Source: a virus (lineage: Duplodnaviria > Heunggongvirae > Uroviricota > Caudoviricetes). From it: DNA of 7,864 nucleotides. This document shows, one piece after another, positions 5,417 through 7,864 of the stretch (positions are counted from its first letter, which is position 1; the number at the start of each line of letters is the position of its first letter). The stretch is from IMG/VR virus record IMGVR_UViG_2541047722_000016. One strand, given 5' to 3'. The translations under genes were made by a program, and so were the position numbers. The notes under the pieces were generated by a model, which made no database searches, was not told where the DNA came from, and worked only from the letters and a program-made list of their open reading frames with translations.

Positions 5417-5935
5417 ATGAAACAAATGTCACTAATTGAGATGGATGGTTTTCTGAAAGGTAAATGCATCCCAAGTGATTTAAAGGTTAACGAAACAAAC
5501 GCTGAATACCTTGTCCGTAAGTTCGGTGAACTTGAATCAAAACTGGAAACGGCGTTGCGGGAGTGTAGTTCTGCTGGAATCACGATTGATAACCTTGAGG
5601 CTAAATGCGCGAAGATGGCTGCTGAAAATACCTCACTTAAGCAATCTGAGAAGGAATTTAATGACTTTTGTCGTGAGGAGTTTAGCGAATGGGAAGATGA
5701 TGTTACTGAAACCCCAGCCACCGATGCTTTTCTGGCTGAAGTGCGGGCGCAGGGGGTGGATGCTGCTATAGAAGCTGCAAAAAATCTGGTGGCCCAAGAA
5801 TATGAGTATAAGGATTTCAAAGCGGCGCAGAGTGATTGCTGTATGCACCCTGGTTCAGACCTGGTAGGGAAGGTTGAAATGACTGAGTGGTTAGTTGACT
5901 TTGCTGCCCAGCTTCGCAAAGGAGGCAACCAGTGA
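5417..5935 (+). CDS. Hypothetical coiled-coil protein in the ea region (172 aa)
   Basis: ATG at 5417 inside track ORF 5399..5935 (which opens at a GTG), with GGAG about 11 nt upstream. The central part is E/K/A-rich and predicted coiled coil. Confidence 0.5.
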   Translation: MKQMSLIEMDGFLKGKCIPSDLKVNETNAEYLVRKFGELESKLETALRECSSAGITIDNLEAKCAKMAAENTSLKQSEKEFNDFCREEFSEWEDDVTETPATDAFLAEVRAQGVDAAIEAAKNLVAQEYEYKDFKAAQSDCCMHPGSDLVGKVEMTEWLVDFAAQLRKGGNQ

Positions 5936-6231
5936 CTGTATGTCTTATTGATAAACGTCGACGTGGGCAACAAATACCATCTGTTGAAATGCCGAATCAC
6001 ACATGGTTTTGCGTACTTGATATCGATGGTATGGATACGTTGGTTGACACTCGTCATTACTGCGATACCGCAACAGCTACTCCGGCGAAAGCAAAGAAAA
6101 TGGCTGCTCTGATAGAAAACTGGACTCCACCTGATGGTTGGTGCAATGGGAATGATCGAGATTGGCACGAAAAAATGAAGGGCTATATCTGCGATTTTTT
6201 ACGTAAATGCAACGGCTTCAGGGGGATGTGA
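5932..6231 (+). CDS. Hypothetical protein (99 aa), GTG start
   Basis: GTG at 5932 with GGAGG 6 nt upstream; it overlaps the preceding stop (GTGA). Several Cys residues; no family recognised. Confidence 0.5.
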   Translation: MTVCLIDKRRRGQQIPSVEMPNHTWFCVLDIDGMDTLVDTRHYCDTATATPAKAKKMAALIENWTPPDGWCNGNDRDWHEKMKGYICDFLRKCNGFRGM

Positions 6232-6232
6232 T

Positions 6233-6805
6233 ATGACCAAAATTAACTATCAGGCACTGCGTGAGGCGGCAGAACGTGCAATTCCGGCAATGGAACGCCT
6301 GTTAATGTTGCCAGTTGATGATGATTTGTTAAGTGAACAGGAACTTAAGGATTACGGTGTGGATATTGATGCGCTCAACGCCTTCAAATTTCTGACCGGA
6401 CCAGAAACCGTGCTGGCGCTGCTGGATGAACGGGAAAGAAACCAGCAATACATCAAACGCCGCGACCAGGAGAACGAGGAAATTGCGCTAACGGTAGGGA
6501 AGCTGCGCGTTGAGCTGGAAGCTGCAGAGAAGCGCATTGCAGAACTGGAAGCCGAACCTGTAAGCCAAACTTACAAGTTGAACGAGCTGTCGGGCAACTA
6601 TCCGGTAACTCCGGATGGTTGGATAAGCTGTAGTGAGCGAATGCCCGCTCAAGATGATTGGATTTTAATTTATTCAAAGCACGGCGAGTATATGGCAGGA
6701 CAGGTACAAGGGGAATACGTGGAGTTGAGCGACGGCACTTTATCGTGGTTAGGGAACGCCTTGTACTGGATGCCTCTACCGGAACCGCCGCAGGAGGTTA
6801 ATTGA
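6233..6805 (+). CDS. ead/Ea22-like protein with a DUF551-like C-terminal domain
   Basis: ATG 1 nt after the preceding stop. The N-terminus MTKINYQALREAAERA is typical of Ea22-like proteins as I recall them; a central coiled coil is followed by a C-terminal ...DGWISCSERMP...WMPLPEPP. Confidence 0.6.
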   Translation: MTKINYQALREAAERAIPAMERLLMLPVDDDLLSEQELKDYGVDIDALNAFKFLTGPETVLALLDERERNQQYIKRRDQENEEIALTVGKLRVELEAAEKRIAELEAEPVSQTYKLNELSGNYPVTPDGWISCSERMPAQDDWILIYSKHGEYMAGQVQGEYVELSDGTLSWLGNALYWMPLPEPPQEVN

Positions 6806-7089
6806 TGGTCTCCTTCGCGAAATATACGATTATTGACTGGATAGCATTCATTCAGGTTTTGCTCATCTGGTTTTATATGGCTTACAGGAGTGGACAGTGG
6901 ATTGTCAGTGTAGCCTGTAGCAATGGATGGCGTTGGTGGAACCGAAAGAATAAAAAAGCGCTGGCCTTGGCTTCGTTTTACGAAGCATTCAATCTTAACA
7001 GTCTTCAGCCTGGTTTTGTCGTTGTAGTCACCACTCAAAGCGGCATGACGATACAAATTCACAAGCCAAAGGAGGAAGGTCGTGGCTAA
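6805..7089 (+). CDS. Small putative membrane protein (94 aa)
   Basis: ATG at 6805 overlaps the preceding stop (TGATG), with GGAGG 8 nt upstream. One hydrophobic segment (IIDWIAFIQVLLIWFYMAY) near the N-terminus. Confidence 0.5.
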   Translation: MVSFAKYTIIDWIAFIQVLLIWFYMAYRSGQWIVSVACSNGWRWWNRKNKKALALASFYEAFNLNSLQPGFVVVVTTQSGMTIQIHKPKEEGRG

Positions 7090-7366
7090 CCTGCAACTTG
7101 CCGTTAAAGGTGAATACTTCGATGCCATGATTCGCGGAGAGAAAACGGAAGAGTATCGCCTGTGTAATGACTACTGGAATAAGCGAATTATGTTCCGCGA
7201 GTATGACCGCCTGATTATCACAAAGGGATATCCGAAGCGCGACGATTCCAGCCGCAGAATTGACGTCCCGTATGACGGATATGAAATCAAGACAATCACA
7301 CATCCGCACTTCGGCGATAAACCGGTAAAGGTGTTCGCTATAAAGGTGAATATCGACAATGAATGA
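7082..7366 (+). CDS. ASCH (PUA-like) domain protein, GTG start
   Basis: GTG at 7082 with GGAGG 6 nt upstream; overlaps the preceding gene by 8 nt. The product contains GEKTEEYR, fitting the ASCH G-x-K-x-x-E-x-R motif. Confidence 0.5.
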   Translation: MANLQLAVKGEYFDAMIRGEKTEEYRLCNDYWNKRIMFREYDRLIITKGYPKRDDSSRRIDVPYDGYEIKTITHPHFGDKPVKVFAIKVNIDNE

Positions 7367-7438
7367 TAATCCTCGCACTCGCGGGGATTTCTTTTATCTG
7401 AACTCGCTACGGCGGGTTTTGTTTTATGGAGATGATAA

Positions 7439-7606
7439 ATGCACTTCCGAGTCACAGGTGAATGGAATGGAGAGCCATTCAACAGAGTTATCGAAGCAGA
7501 GAACATCAACGACTGCTATGACCACTGGATGCTGTGGGCGCAGATAGCACATGCAGACGTAACTAATATTCGAATTGAAGAACTGAAAGAACACCAAGCC
7601 GCCTGA
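7439..7606 (+). CDS. Small hypothetical protein (55 aa), not in the ORF track
   Basis: ATG at 7439 with GGAG 7 nt upstream. Product MHFRVTGEWNGEPFNRVIEAENINDCYDHWMLWAQIAHADVTNIRIEELKEHQAA. The stop lies inside the terminator hairpin. Confidence 0.4.
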   Translation: MHFRVTGEWNGEPFNRVIEAENINDCYDHWMLWAQIAHADVTNIRIEELKEHQAA

Positions 7607-7620
7607 TGGCGGTTTTTTAT
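7597..7620 (+). terminator. Intrinsic terminator
   Basis: AGCCGCC-TGAT-GGCGGTT hairpin followed by TTTTTT (7613-7618). Confidence 0.6.
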
Positions 7621-7663
7621 TGCCTGATTTGCAGGTTCGATTCCCTATTCGGAGATAGCACTC

Positions 7664-7864
7664 ATGCAACACGAACTACAACCTGATTCACTGGTTGATT
7701 TGAAATTCATCATGGCCGATACTGGCTTCGGTAAAACCTTCATCTATGACCGGATTAAGTCCGGCGACCTGCCAAAAGCCAAAGTTATCCACGGGCGAGC
7801 AAGATGGTTATATCGTGACCATTGTGAATTCAAAAATAAGCTCTTAAGCCGCGCCAATGGGTAA
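7664..7864 (+). CDS. AlpA-family / excisionase-like DNA-binding protein (66 aa)
   Basis: ATG at 7664 with GGAG 9 nt upstream. The HTH-like core DLKFIMADTGFGKTFIYDRIKSGDLP is typical of AlpA/Xis-type regulators. The stop coincides with the last base of the window. Confidence 0.6.
   Translation: MQHELQPDSLVDLKFIMADTGFGKTFIYDRIKSGDLPKAKVIHGRARWLYRDHCEFKNKLLSRANG

Noticed and set aside
5371-6168. 265-aa ORF on the minus strand
   Set aside because: It is antisense to the coupled ea genes. The translation is Ser/Leu/Phe-rich and low-complexity, as expected from the complement of E/K-rich coiled-coil codons.
7632-7646. GGTTCGATTCC, resembling a tRNA T-loop and possible att core
   Set aside because: The flanking bases do not form a T-stem (GCAGG against CCCTA) and no acceptor stem or CCA context is present. 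It sits upstream of xis rather than beyond int, so it is probably chance.
1-7864. CRISPR arrays, tRNA or rRNA genes
   Set aside because: No direct-repeat/spacer periodicity and no cloverleaf-compatible sequence was found anywhere in the window.

Overview
This window is the early (immunity and PL-operon) region of a mosaic lambdoid prophage, apparently from an enterobacterium. All protein and family identifications are from memory of lambda, P22 and IS3-family sequences; no database search was run. Layout: an IS3-family element at the left edge (1-258) interrupts an O-like replication gene; then, on the minus strand, a hypothetical gene, lambda-type cII, nutR and P22-type cro. The OR operator region sits at 1377-1442. 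On the plus strand follow P22-type c2 repressor, a terminator, OL/PL, nutL, an N-like antiterminator split by a frameshift, an AT-rich unrecognised gene, cIII-like and kil-position genes, erf, an SSB-like gene, an abc2-like gene, a translationally coupled 'ea' block and an AlpA/Xis-like gene that ends at the window edge. The prophage looks crippled twice (O disrupted, N frameshifted) while keeping an intact immunity switch. The best candidate for an undescribed function is the AT-rich gene at 2922-3392; the membrane-protein/ASCH pair at 6805-7366 is second. No tRNA, rRNA or CRISPR array was seen.
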